From: Acidimicrobiales bacterium
Lineage (GTDB): Bacteria > Actinomycetota > Acidimicrobiia > Acidimicrobiales > JAUJNH01
Direction: 5' to 3'
Length of the DNA: 64,000 bases
Assembly: GCA_030448245.1 (NCBI GenBank)
Contig: JAUJNH010000006.1
Span: 15,788 to 79,787, forward strand
The position numbers were made by a program, and so were the translations under genes. How positions within the stretch are numbered: the stretch's first letter is position 1; each line of letters opens with the position of its first letter. This document shows, in pieces, positions 1 through 8,295 of the stretch. The notes beneath the pieces were generated by a model, which worked only from the letters and a program-made list of their open reading frames with translations, was not told the origin of the DNA and did no database searches.

Positions 1-1743
1 CCGGTGTGCGGGCCCCGCCTGGCCTGGCGGGACCCGTCGGGGAACGCCCTGGCCGAGGGGGACGAGGCGCTGGCCGCCACCGTCGCCGCCCTCTGCGCCG
101 GGGCGGTGGTGGGGGTGAAGGGGCTGGGCGGCTACCACCTGGCCGCCGACGCCACCAGCGAGGCAGCCGTGGCCGAGCTGCGGCGGCGCAAGGCGCGCGA
201 CGACAAGCCGTTTGCGGTGATGGCGGCCGACCTGGACGAGGCCGGCCGGCTGGTCGTCCTCGACGAGCGGGCTGTGACCGCCCTGTGCTCGCCCCGGCGC
301 CCGATCGTCCTGGCCCCCCGCCGGGGCGGGTCGCCGGTGGTCGACGCGGTGGCCCCCGGACTCCCCGAGCTGGGGGTGTTCCTGCCCTACAGCGCCCTGC
401 ACCACCTGCTGCTCGCCGACGTCGGCCGGCCGCTCGTCCTGACCAGCGGGAACCTGAGCGACGACCCCATCGCCCATCAGGACGACGACGCGGTGGCCCG
501 GCTCGGGCCGATGGTCGACGGCCTCCTCACCAACGACCGGCCCATCCACATCCGCTGCGACGACTCGGTCGTGCGGGCCCTCCCGACGCGCACGCAGGTG
601 CTGCGCCGGTCGCGGGGCTACGCCCCCGAGCCGCTGCGCCTCCCGGTGCCCACGCCCCGCCACATCCTGGCCGTCGGCGCCGAGCTGAAGAACACCATCG
701 CCGTCGCCCGTGACGGGGTGGTGGTGGCCAGCCACCACATCGGTGACCTCGAGCACCTCACCACCTACCGGTCGTTCCTGCAGGCGCTCGACCACCTGCC
801 CCGGCTCTACGCGGTGCAGCCCGAGCTCGTGGCCTACGACCTGCACCCCGAGTACCTGTCGACCAAGGTCGCCCTCGAGCTCGGCCTGCCCACGGTCGGG
901 GTCCAGCACCACCACGCCCACGTCGCCTCGTGCCTGGTCGAGCACGGCCGCCTCGACCCCGTGCTCGGCATCGCCTTTGACGGCACGGGGTACGGCCCCG
1001 ACGCCACGCTGTGGGGCGGTGAGCTGCTGGTGGCCGACCTCAGCGGCTACGAGCGGGTCGGCCACCTCCGGCCGCTGGCCATGCCCGGGGGTGTGGCCGC
1101 CATCCGCGAGCCGTGGCGGATGGCGCTGGCCTGGCTGGCCGCCGCCGAGGGCATCGAGGCCGCCATCGCCGACCGGCTCGTGCCTGCCGGCCTCGACGCC
1201 CCGCACCGCGCCGCCATGGCCGACCTCGTCGCTCGGGGAGCGGGACCGGTCACCAGCAGCGTCGGCCGCCTGTTCGACGCCGCCGCAGCCCTCCTCGGGA
1301 TCCGCTCGCGGGTCACCTACGAGGCCCAGGCGGCCATCGAGCTCGAAGCCCTGGCCGCCACCGTCGACCGCTCGGAGGCGCCCCGCTACCCCGGCACGGT
1401 GGCGGTCACCGACCACGGCGGGGTGGCCGTGCTCGACCCCACCCCGCTGATCGCCACCGTGCGGGCCCAGCGCGACGCCGGCACGCCGCTCCCGCTCGTG
1501 GCGGCCGGCTTCCACGAGGCGCTGGGACGGGCCGTGGCCGCCCTCGGGGCCGACCTGGCGGCCCGGCGCTCCCTTCGCAGCGTCGTGCTGACCGGCGGGG
1601 TCTTCCAGAACGCCCGCCTCACCGAGATCGTCGCCGGGCACCTGGCCGGGGCGGGCCTCGAGGTCCTGCTCCACGGGGGGGTTCCGTGCGGCGACGGCGG
1701 CATCAGCCTCGGCCAGGCGGCCATCGCCGCCCTCTCCCCATAA
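1..1743 (+). CDS. hypF: Hydrogenase maturation carbamoyltransferase HypF, C-terminal part (5' end outside window)
   Basis: ORF 4..1743 open from the window edge; YrdC-like region (VVGVKGLGGYHLAADA) followed by Kae1/HypF carbamoyltransferase domain (GTGYGPDATLWGGE, hydrolysable-ATP region); typical GC3 bias. Confidence 0.8.
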   Translation, partial: PVCGPRLAWRDPSGNALAEGDEALAATVAALCAGAVVGVKGLGGYHLAADATSEAAVAELRRRKARDDKPFAVMAADLDEAGRLVVLDERAVTALCSPRRPIVLAPRRGGSPVVDAVAPGLPELGVFLPYSALHHLLLADVGRPLVLTSGNLSDDPIAHQDDDAVARLGPMVDGLLTNDRPIHIRCDDSVVRALPTRTQVLRRSRGYAPEPLRLPVPTPRHILAVGAELKNTIAVARDGVVVASHHIGDLEHLTTYRSFLQALDHLPRLYAVQPELVAYDLHPEYLSTKVALELGLPTVGVQHHHAHVASCLVEHGRLDPVLGIAFDGTGYGPDATLWGGELLVADLSGYERVGHLRPLAMPGGVAAIREPWRMALAWLAAAEGIEAAIADRLVPAGLDAPHRAAMADLVARGAGPVTSSVGRLFDAAAALLGIRSRVTYEAQAAIELEALAATVDRSEAPRYPGTVAVTDHGGVAVLDPTPLIATVRAQRDAGTPLPLVAAGFHEALGRAVAALGADLAARRSLRSVVLTGGVFQNARLTEIVAGHLAGAGLEVLLHGGVPCGDGGISLGQAAIAALSP

Positions 1744-1791
1744 GGGACAGGGGGCGGTACTGTTCGTGGACATGTACCGGGGGAGGTCCAC

Positions 1792-2919
1792 GTGAAGTTC
1801 GTCGACGAGTACCGAGACCCTGCAGCCGCGCGCGTGCTCTTGAAGGTCATCAACGACCTGGCCGCCGGTGACGAGTTCAAGTTCATGGAGGTGTGCGGTG
1901 GCCACACCCACACCATCTACCGGCACGGGATCGAGCACATCCTGCCCGAGGGCGTCGAGCTGATCCACGGCCCGGGCTGCCCGGTGTGCGTGATCCCGAT
2001 GGGCCGGGTCGACGACGCCATCGCCGTGGCCGAGCACCCCAACGTCATCTTCACGTCGTTCGGCGACATGATGCGGGTCCCCGGCAGCAAGGGCACGCTG
2101 CTGGAGGCAAAGGCGCGAGGCGCCGACGTGCGCTTCGTGTACTCGCCGCTCGACGCCCTGCGCATCGCCGTCGAGAACCCCACCAAGGAGGTGGTGTTCT
2201 TCGCCGTCGGCTTCGAGACCACCGCCCCGTCCACCGCGGTCACCGTGCTGCGGGCCCGGGAGATGGGGGTCCGCAACTTCCGGGTGTTCTCGAACCACGT
2301 GACGATCGTCCCGCCGCTCAAGGCCATCCTCGAGTCGCCTGACCTGCGCCTCGACGGCTTCCTCGGCCCAGGCCACGTGTCCACCGTGGTCGGCAACCGC
2401 CCCTACCGGTTCGTGCCCGAGCGCTACGGCAAGCCCGTGGTCACCGCCGGCTTCGAGCCGCTCGACATCCTCCAGACCATCGTGATGCTGCTCAAGCAGA
2501 TCCGCGAGGGCCGCTGCGAGGTCGAGAACCAGTACAGCCGGATCGTCCGCGACGAGGGGAACCCCCGGGCCCTGAAGCTGCTGGCCGACGTGTTCGTGCT
2601 GCGCCCGCACTTCGAGTGGCGGGGGCTCGGCTTCATCGCCCAGAGCGGCCTGGCCCTGCGCCCCGACCTGTCGATGTTCGACGCCGAGGTGTACTACGAG
2701 GTGCCGGGCGTGCGGGTGGCCGACCCCAAGGCCTGCCAGTGCGGCGAGGTCCTCAAGGGCGTCATCCGGCCGTGGGAGTGCAAGGTCTTCGGCACCGCCT
2801 GCACCCCCGAGACCCCCATCGGCACCTGCATGGTGTCCAGCGAGGGCGCCTGCGCCGCCTACTACAACTTCGGCCGCATGCACCGCGAAGCCGCGGTCAC
2901 CCTCGGCCGCCGCGCCTAG
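1792..2919 (+). CDS. hypD: Hydrogenase maturation factor HypD
   Basis: 375 aa; conserved HypD motifs CGGHTH, GPGCPVC, FETTAP, C-terminal CxxC-rich tail; immediately downstream of hypF. Confidence 0.85.
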   Translation: MKFVDEYRDPAAARVLLKVINDLAAGDEFKFMEVCGGHTHTIYRHGIEHILPEGVELIHGPGCPVCVIPMGRVDDAIAVAEHPNVIFTSFGDMMRVPGSKGTLLEAKARGADVRFVYSPLDALRIAVENPTKEVVFFAVGFETTAPSTAVTVLRAREMGVRNFRVFSNHVTIVPPLKAILESPDLRLDGFLGPGHVSTVVGNRPYRFVPERYGKPVVTAGFEPLDILQTIVMLLKQIREGRCEVENQYSRIVRDEGNPRALKLLADVFVLRPHFEWRGLGFIAQSGLALRPDLSMFDAEVYYEVPGVRVADPKACQCGEVLKGVIRPWECKVFGTACTPETPIGTCMVSSEGACAAYYNFGRMHREAAVTLGRRA

Positions 2920-2995
2920 AACACGATCCCCTCGTCCCGTCCGGGCCGGTGACCGTGCCGCCCTAGGTCCCCGACGTCGCTGATCCGGCCCGTGC

Positions 2996-3559
2996 TTGAT
3001 GACCGCAGGCGGGGCGGGCGCCGGTAGGGTCAGGGCGATGTTGGTCGGTCCCGTGCACGCGCTCGCGGCCTTGCTGGCGGTCGCCGCGATGGCCAAGCTC
3101 CGGGATCCGACCTCGGCCGCCGCCGCCCTGGGCCGAGCCGGTCTCCCCAACGCGCTCGTCCTCGTGCGGACGCTCGCCGTCGCCGAGATGCTGGTGGCCG
3201 CGGCGGTCCTGTTCGTCGGCGGGGTGCTGCCCGTCGTCGCCCTCGGGTTGCTGCACCTCGGCTTTGCCGCCTTTCTGGTCAGGTTGCGGCGAGCCGCGGG
3301 GGCCGGGGCCAGCTGTGGCTGCTTCGGTGGTGCCGAGGCGCCTGTCGGTCTCCTGCACGTGGTGGTGAACGCGGCTGCCGCCGGCGCCGCGGCCGTCTCG
3401 CTGACCGGGTCGCTCCCCTCGCTTCCCGCCGTGCTCGGCGATGGGGTGGGCCTCGCCGTCCCCTACGCCGCCGCGGTGGCCGTGGGGGCGTGGGCCACCG
3501 GCCTGTGCCTCACCTCGCTCCCCACCCTCTTCGCCGCCCAGCGCCAGGTGGCCGGATGA
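2996..3559 (+). CDS. MauE-family (methylamine utilisation protein MauE-like) / DoxX-like polytopic membrane protein
   Basis: Four predicted TM helices, conserved CGCFGG motif typical of MauE family; true start may be the internal Met (MLVGPV) ~40 nt downstream. Confidence 0.55.
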   Translation: MMTAGGAGAGRVRAMLVGPVHALAALLAVAAMAKLRDPTSAAAALGRAGLPNALVLVRTLAVAEMLVAAAVLFVGGVLPVVALGLLHLGFAAFLVRLRRAAGAGASCGCFGGAEAPVGLLHVVVNAAAAGAAAVSLTGSLPSLPAVLGDGVGLAVPYAAAVAVGAWATGLCLTSLPTLFAAQRQVAG

Positions 3560-4323
3560 CCGCACTGGTCGTCCTCCAGTCGGTGGTGCTGGTCGTGCTG
3601 GTGGTGCTCGTGAGCGGCCTGCTCCGCAGCCATGCCACCATCCTCCGCCGGCTCCACGAGCTCGGGGCGGGGACCGAGGCGCCGCCCACCTCGCGCCCCC
3701 GCCCGCCCAGCCAGCTCCCCGGCCCGACGGCCGGCCGGCCGGCGTCGCTCCCGGCTCACGACATCAGCGGGCTCGGCCTCGACGACGGAGCCGTCGCCGT
3801 CCGCGTCGTCGAGGTGGAGCACGACACGATCCTCGTCTTCCTCTCCAGCGGCTGCTCCACCTGCGGAGCCTTCTGGGAGGCGCTGGGCCAGCCGGACCTG
3901 GCCCTGCCCCAGGGAACCCGGCTCGTTCTCGTCACCCAGGGCCCCGACCGCGAACACGTCACCCTTGTGGCCGAGCTGGCACCCACCCACGTCCCGCTGA
4001 TCCTCTCGAACGAGGCATGGCACGACTACGCCGTGCCCGGATCGCCCTACGTCGTGCTCGTCGACGGCCCGTCGGGACGCGTCGTCGGCGAGGGCACGGC
4101 CCCCACCTTCGAGCAGGTCCTGTCCATGCTCGGCCGTGCGGTCGACGACGCAGCCCACCGGTCGCGGCTGGCCAGCCACCGGGGCGAAAAGGCGAAGGCT
4201 GACGCCGCGCGTGAGGCGGAGATCGACGATGCCCTGATCGTCGCCGGCGTGCGTCCCGGCGACCCGAGCCTCTACCGGTCGGTCGACCAGCCGTCGGCGC
4301 CCGACGAAGGGGCTCCGCCGTGA
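3556..4323 (+). CDS. Membrane-anchored thioredoxin-fold protein (MauD/TlpA-like thiol:disulfide oxidoreductase)
   Basis: Start ATG overlaps upstream stop (ATGA); N-terminal TM anchor; thioredoxin fold with CSTC active-site motif (FLSSGCSTCGAFW). Confidence 0.55.
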   Translation: MTALVVLQSVVLVVLVVLVSGLLRSHATILRRLHELGAGTEAPPTSRPRPPSQLPGPTAGRPASLPAHDISGLGLDDGAVAVRVVEVEHDTILVFLSSGCSTCGAFWEALGQPDLALPQGTRLVLVTQGPDREHVTLVAELAPTHVPLILSNEAWHDYAVPGSPYVVLVDGPSGRVVGEGTAPTFEQVLSMLGRAVDDAAHRSRLASHRGEKAKADAAREAEIDDALIVAGVRPGDPSLYRSVDQPSAPDEGAPP

Positions 4324-4400
4324 CCTCCGTCGTGGCCCTCGGGGTCGTTCTGGCTGCACTGGCCGCCGTCCGCTCGACCTGGTCGCCCTGAGGCGAGTCG

Positions 4401-5012
4401 ATGCTGGGAAGCATCACCCCGCTCGGTGAGCAGGGGCGCGGCAACCGCTGGTGGCTGACGGCTGCCTCCTATGCCGCGGCGTCTGCCCTCGGAGGTCTGC
4501 TCGTCGGGGCCGTCGCCGGCCTTCTCGGCGCCGCGCTGCGGCTGGGTGGCCTGGCTCTGGCCCCGGCGGTTGCCCTCCTGGTCATCGCCACCGCCGCCCT
4601 CCTCGGGCTCGTGGCCGACAACCGTCTGCTCGGCCTGCGCCTGCCGACCCTCCGACGGCAGGTCGACGAGCGGTGGATCGGGCGCTACCGGGGCTGGGTC
4701 TTCGGAGCCGGCTTCGGCTTCCAGCTCGGCCTCGGGGTGGCCACCATCGTCACGGCGTCCGCCACGTGGGCCGCCCTCGCCGCCGCCGCCGCCTCGCAGT
4801 CGGTGGTCGGCGGCGCCGTCGTCGGCCTCGTCTTCGGCGGGGTGCGGGCCGTTCCCGTCCTGGCCGCTGTTCGCACCTCCACCCCCGACGCCGTCCGCCG
4901 CCTCCACCTGCGCGTGGCCGCGCTGTCGCGGCCGGTCGACCGTGCGGTCCGGGCCGCCCAAGCCGCCGTGGCCGTCCTGGCCCTCCTCCTCGCCCTGCCC
5001 GCCCTGGCCTGA
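4401..5012 (+). CDS. Hypothetical polytopic membrane protein
   Basis: 203 aa, Ala/Leu/Gly-rich TM segments, coding-like GC3; no recognisable family. Confidence 0.35.
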   Translation: MLGSITPLGEQGRGNRWWLTAASYAAASALGGLLVGAVAGLLGAALRLGGLALAPAVALLVIATAALLGLVADNRLLGLRLPTLRRQVDERWIGRYRGWVFGAGFGFQLGLGVATIVTASATWAALAAAAASQSVVGGAVVGLVFGGVRAVPVLAAVRTSTPDAVRRLHLRVAALSRPVDRAVRAAQAAVAVLALLLALPALA

Positions 5013-5063
5013 CCGCCAGCACCTCCCAGCACACCTCAGCACCGACGATCCGGAGCGCCCGCC

Positions 5064-5555
5064 ATGCACCTCGCCGCCCACGGCTTCAGCATCGACCTCC
5101 CGAGGGGTTGGGAGGGGACCATCTCGCGCCGCCTCGACGCCGTTGCGGCCCGGTCCGCCGGTGCCGTCGGCGGGGCGATCCCGCTCGTCGAGGAGCAGGT
5201 CCTCCCCGTCGTCCACCTCGCCAACTTCGGCCTGCCAGGCGATCGGGGCGACTTCGGCAGCGGCGCCGTCGAGATCATGGGCCCGGACGACGTGTTCATC
5301 GCCATGCTCGAGTTCGGACCGGAGTGCGCCGGCACCGCGCTGTTCGCCGACACTCGGCTCCCTCGGCTCGACCCCTCCAAGTTCGACCGCAACCGGCTGC
5401 AGCGAACGCTCGCCGGCCAGTCTGGGCACCAGTCGTGGTACACGATCAACGGGCGAGCGCTCGGCCTGTACGCGGTCCTCGGTTCCCACGGCCTGGCTGG
5501 GAAGCTGGTGCCACGGGTCAACGAGGTCCTGGCCAACGTGCGGGTGGCCGCCTGA
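5064..5555 (+). CDS. Hypothetical protein
   Basis: 163 aa ORF with non-repetitive composition; stop overlaps next start (TGATG). Confidence 0.35.
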   Translation: MHLAAHGFSIDLPRGWEGTISRRLDAVAARSAGAVGGAIPLVEEQVLPVVHLANFGLPGDRGDFGSGAVEIMGPDDVFIAMLEFGPECAGTALFADTRLPRLDPSKFDRNRLQRTLAGQSGHQSWYTINGRALGLYAVLGSHGLAGKLVPRVNEVLANVRVAA

Positions 5556-6277
5556 TGGCGATTCCCCGCACCCGCGCCCGCCGCGGCGCCGGGCGCGCCC
5601 CGGGGGAGGAGCAAGACGGGGCCGGGGCGGCCGGTGCGAGCAGGCCCCTCACCGAGCGGCTCGTCGACTTGACCTCCTCCGCTCTCGACCGGCCGACCGA
5701 CCGACGCAGCGTCCTCCAGAAGGCGGCCCTCGTCGGCTCGGCCGTGGCCACCGGCGGGGTCGGGTACATCCTCCGCCCTGGGACGGCCTACGCCTCGGTC
5801 TGCGGAGACGGCGCCAGCTGCTCGTCCGGGTGGACGGCCTTCTGCTGCACCGTCCACGGCTCGAACACCTGCCCGCCGAACTCGTTCCCGGCCGGGTGGT
5901 GGAAGATCGACGCGTCGCCCTTCTGCGACGGCCAGGCCCGCTACATCGTGGACTGCAACGCCACCTGTCCCACCCGGTGCAGCTGCCGCTGCGCCTCGGG
6001 CACCTGCGACGAGCGCAGGGTCTGCTGCAACCAGTTCCGGTACGGCCAGTGCAACACCCAGATCGCCTGCGCCGGCCCGGTCGTGTGCCGGGTCGCCCTC
6101 TGCACCCCGCCGTGGGTGTGGAGCTCGGCCTGCACGACTACGAGCCGCACCGACAACCGCACAGCGACCCACAACGCCCCCTGCCTGTCCTCGAGTGCCA
6201 GCCGCACCCCGGAGCTGGGTGACCCTCGCTTCCTCTCGTGGCTGCTGGAGCGGCTCCTGGGCCAGCGGGGCTCGTAG
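5555..6277 (+). CDS. TAT-exported cysteine-rich protein (20 Cys; motif spacing reminiscent of methylamine dehydrogenase light chain MauA)
   Basis: 240 aa; twin-arginine motif DRRSVLQKAALVGSAVA; mature region has 20 Cys including CC-x7-C twice, TCPPNS, CSCRC, paired Trp (GWWK, PPWVW); start by offset within ORF 4451..6277. Confidence 0.5.
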   Translation: MAIPRTRARRGAGRAPGEEQDGAGAAGASRPLTERLVDLTSSALDRPTDRRSVLQKAALVGSAVATGGVGYILRPGTAYASVCGDGASCSSGWTAFCCTVHGSNTCPPNSFPAGWWKIDASPFCDGQARYIVDCNATCPTRCSCRCASGTCDERRVCCNQFRYGQCNTQIACAGPVVCRVALCTPPWVWSSACTTTSRTDNRTATHNAPCLSSSASRTPELGDPRFLSWLLERLLGQRGS

Positions 6278-6322
6278 GGGATCGTCGGGGGCCGTCCCAC
6301 CGCCCCGGTACGGTCGCCTCTG

Positions 6323-7072
6323 ATGAACGCCGACGAGCACGAGCGGGCGCTGCGGCGCATCCGGGGGCTGCTCGACAAGGCCGGCTCGACCAGCTTCGGG
6401 CCCGAGGCCGACGCCCTGTACGACAAGGCGGCCGAGCTGATGGCCAAGCATCGGATCGACGCCGCCCTGCTCGAGGCCAGCCGGGCACCGGCCGACCGCA
6501 GCCCGGTGGTCGAGCGGCCGGTCGAGCTGGGCGCCGGCCAGTACGTGCGGGCCCGCCTGCAGCTGATCCACCACGTGGCCGTGAACCACGGCTGCCGCCT
6601 GCTGACCCACACCACCAGGAACGGCCGGGTGGCCACCGTGGTCGGGGTGGGGGACGACTGCGAGCGCGTCGAGCTGCTGTACACCAGCCTGCTGCTGCAG
6701 GCCACCCGCCTGGCCGGCGCCGCCTGGGTCGAGCGGGCCCGCCGGTCGAGGACCGGCCAGGTGGCGTGGAAGCGGGAGTTCATGTTCGGCTTCGGCGCCC
6801 GGGTGGGGGAGCGGCTGGCCGAGCTGTCCGAGCAGGCCGCCCGTGCGCCGGCGGCGGCCGGGGCGGGCGGTGGTTCGGTGGCTCTGGTCCTGGCCGACCG
6901 GTCCACCCGGGTCGACGAGTGGCTCCACCGGGCCTACCCGAGGGTCCGCTCGCTGGCGCCCGCTGCCGCGTTCGCCGGTCACGGTGGCCTGGCGGCCGGC
7001 CGGGCGTCGGCCGACCAGGCCGACTTAGGCGGCCGGTCGCTGGAGACGGCCCGGCGGGCCCTCCGGCGCTGA
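6323..7072 (+). CDS. DUF2786 domain protein
   Basis: N-terminal ALRRIRGLLDKAGSTSFGPEADALYDKAAELMAKHRID matches the DUF2786 signature. Confidence 0.6.
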   Translation: MNADEHERALRRIRGLLDKAGSTSFGPEADALYDKAAELMAKHRIDAALLEASRAPADRSPVVERPVELGAGQYVRARLQLIHHVAVNHGCRLLTHTTRNGRVATVVGVGDDCERVELLYTSLLLQATRLAGAAWVERARRSRTGQVAWKREFMFGFGARVGERLAELSEQAARAPAAAGAGGGSVALVLADRSTRVDEWLHRAYPRVRSLAPAAAFAGHGGLAAGRASADQADLGGRSLETARRALRR

Positions 7073-7076
7073 CGCC

Positions 7077-7598
7077 GTGGCCGGCGCGGCTCGCGACGGT
7101 GAGCGCCAGAAGACCTACGACGCCGAGGACGCCGCCTTCCTCGACACCTCCTACGCCGAGCGGTTGGGGGAGTGGGGCTGTCGCTGGCTCCTCGACCGGC
7201 TGGTGGCGACGCCGTGGTGGGCGGCGGCTGCCGGCAGTCGCCCAGCACTGCGGGCGGCTCGCGTCGATAGCGCTCGGTCCACCACGGTGGTGGCCGCCGA
7301 CAGGGTCGAGGTGCGCATCGGGCCCGGCATGGACCAGGCCCACGTCCTCTCCCACGAGCTGGCCCACCTCGTCTCCGGGTCGGAAGCCGGCCACGGGCCC
7401 CGGTTCCGGGCGGCCCACCTCGACGTGGCCACCGTGCTCCTCGGCGGCCACGGCGCCGGCCGCCTGGCCGACCGCTACGCCCGGGCCGGGCTGGCCCTCG
7501 ATCACCGCCGCTGGCCCCCGCCTCCCGACCACGGCGAGGGTGGCCTCCTCGCCGTGTGGCAGGCCCGCCGCGCCCTCGACGCCCTCGGCCGCCCCTAG
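7077..7598 (+). CDS. Putative zinc metallopeptidase (HExxH motif, SprT-like)
   Basis: 173 aa; HELAHL motif followed by conserved Gly/His region; 5 nt downstream of the DUF2786 gene. Confidence 0.5.
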   Translation: MAGAARDGERQKTYDAEDAAFLDTSYAERLGEWGCRWLLDRLVATPWWAAAAGSRPALRAARVDSARSTTVVAADRVEVRIGPGMDQAHVLSHELAHLVSGSEAGHGPRFRAAHLDVATVLLGGHGAGRLADRYARAGLALDHRRWPPPPDHGEGGLLAVWQARRALDALGRP

Positions 7599-7757
7599 CG
7601 CGAGCCACGGCAAATCCCGAGCCTCCGAGCGGCGGCGAATCCTGGCGCGGCATCAGGCTGGGTACCCTCCGCAAGGATGGCGGGGCTCGAGCGCCGGACC
7701 GACTCGTGGGGCCGCGCGGCGCCCGCCCTGTCGCCGAAGCTGCCGCGCACCGCCTCG

Positions 7758-8027
7758 ATGAGCAGGTTGGAGGCCTGGGTCTGGGTGGTCCTCCGCGGGT
7801 TCGTGTTCGTCCCTGGGGCGCTGATGGGCCTGGCGCTGGCCTTCGCCCTCGGCTACGGGGGTTACAACGCCGTCCTCGTCTACGCCCACCTCCTGTGGGT
7901 CCCCGCGGCGATCGTCTGCTGGGTCCAGGCCTCCTGCGGCAAGGGCGGCGACCGCTGGACGGCGGGCTTCGTCGCCCTCTGGGCCCTCGAGCTGGCCGTG
8001 ATGCGGATCGGTTCCTGGATCATCTGA
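7758..8027 (+). CDS. Small membrane protein (hypothetical)
   Basis: Two to three TM helices, coding-like GC3; start uncertain (ORF opens at 7677). Confidence 0.3.
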   Translation: MSRLEAWVWVVLRGFVFVPGALMGLALAFALGYGGYNAVLVYAHLLWVPAAIVCWVQASCGKGGDRWTAGFVALWALELAVMRIGSWII

Positions 8028-8295
8028 CGCGCCTCTGGCGTGACGGCGGGTGGGCCCGGCGCCTGGCCATCTGGCTTCCCGAGGGACCGGACCTGGCAGG
8101 CGCGACGGAAGCGCCGCGTCGGATGGTGCGTTGGGACCGGGACGGGGTATCGTCTCGCCGGCGGCGGATGCCGAGGACTTGTCCCCCCGTGGGTGGGGTC
8201 GATGGGTCTCCGAACACCGCTGCGCAGAGAGCAGGACCGGAGGAGAGGCACTGGCCGAGGTAGGCACCCGCGTCGACGACCCGCACTGGGTCTCG

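Noticed and set aside
6-1871. Several long ORFs overlapping hypF in other frames (6..713, 710..1450, 1113..1871, 1386..1916)
   Set aside because: Arg/Pro/Gly/Ala-biased translations with no motifs; typical wrong-frame or antisense ORFs of ~70% GC DNA; hypF frame has the clear domain content
4272-6982. Long minus-strand ORFs (4272..5489, 5036..6982) and plus-strand ORFs 4451..6277 (5' part) and 4471..6222 across the MauE/Cys-rich locus
   Set aside because: Low-complexity R/G/P-rich products; the reported genes on the plus strand have coherent TM, thioredoxin and signal-peptide features
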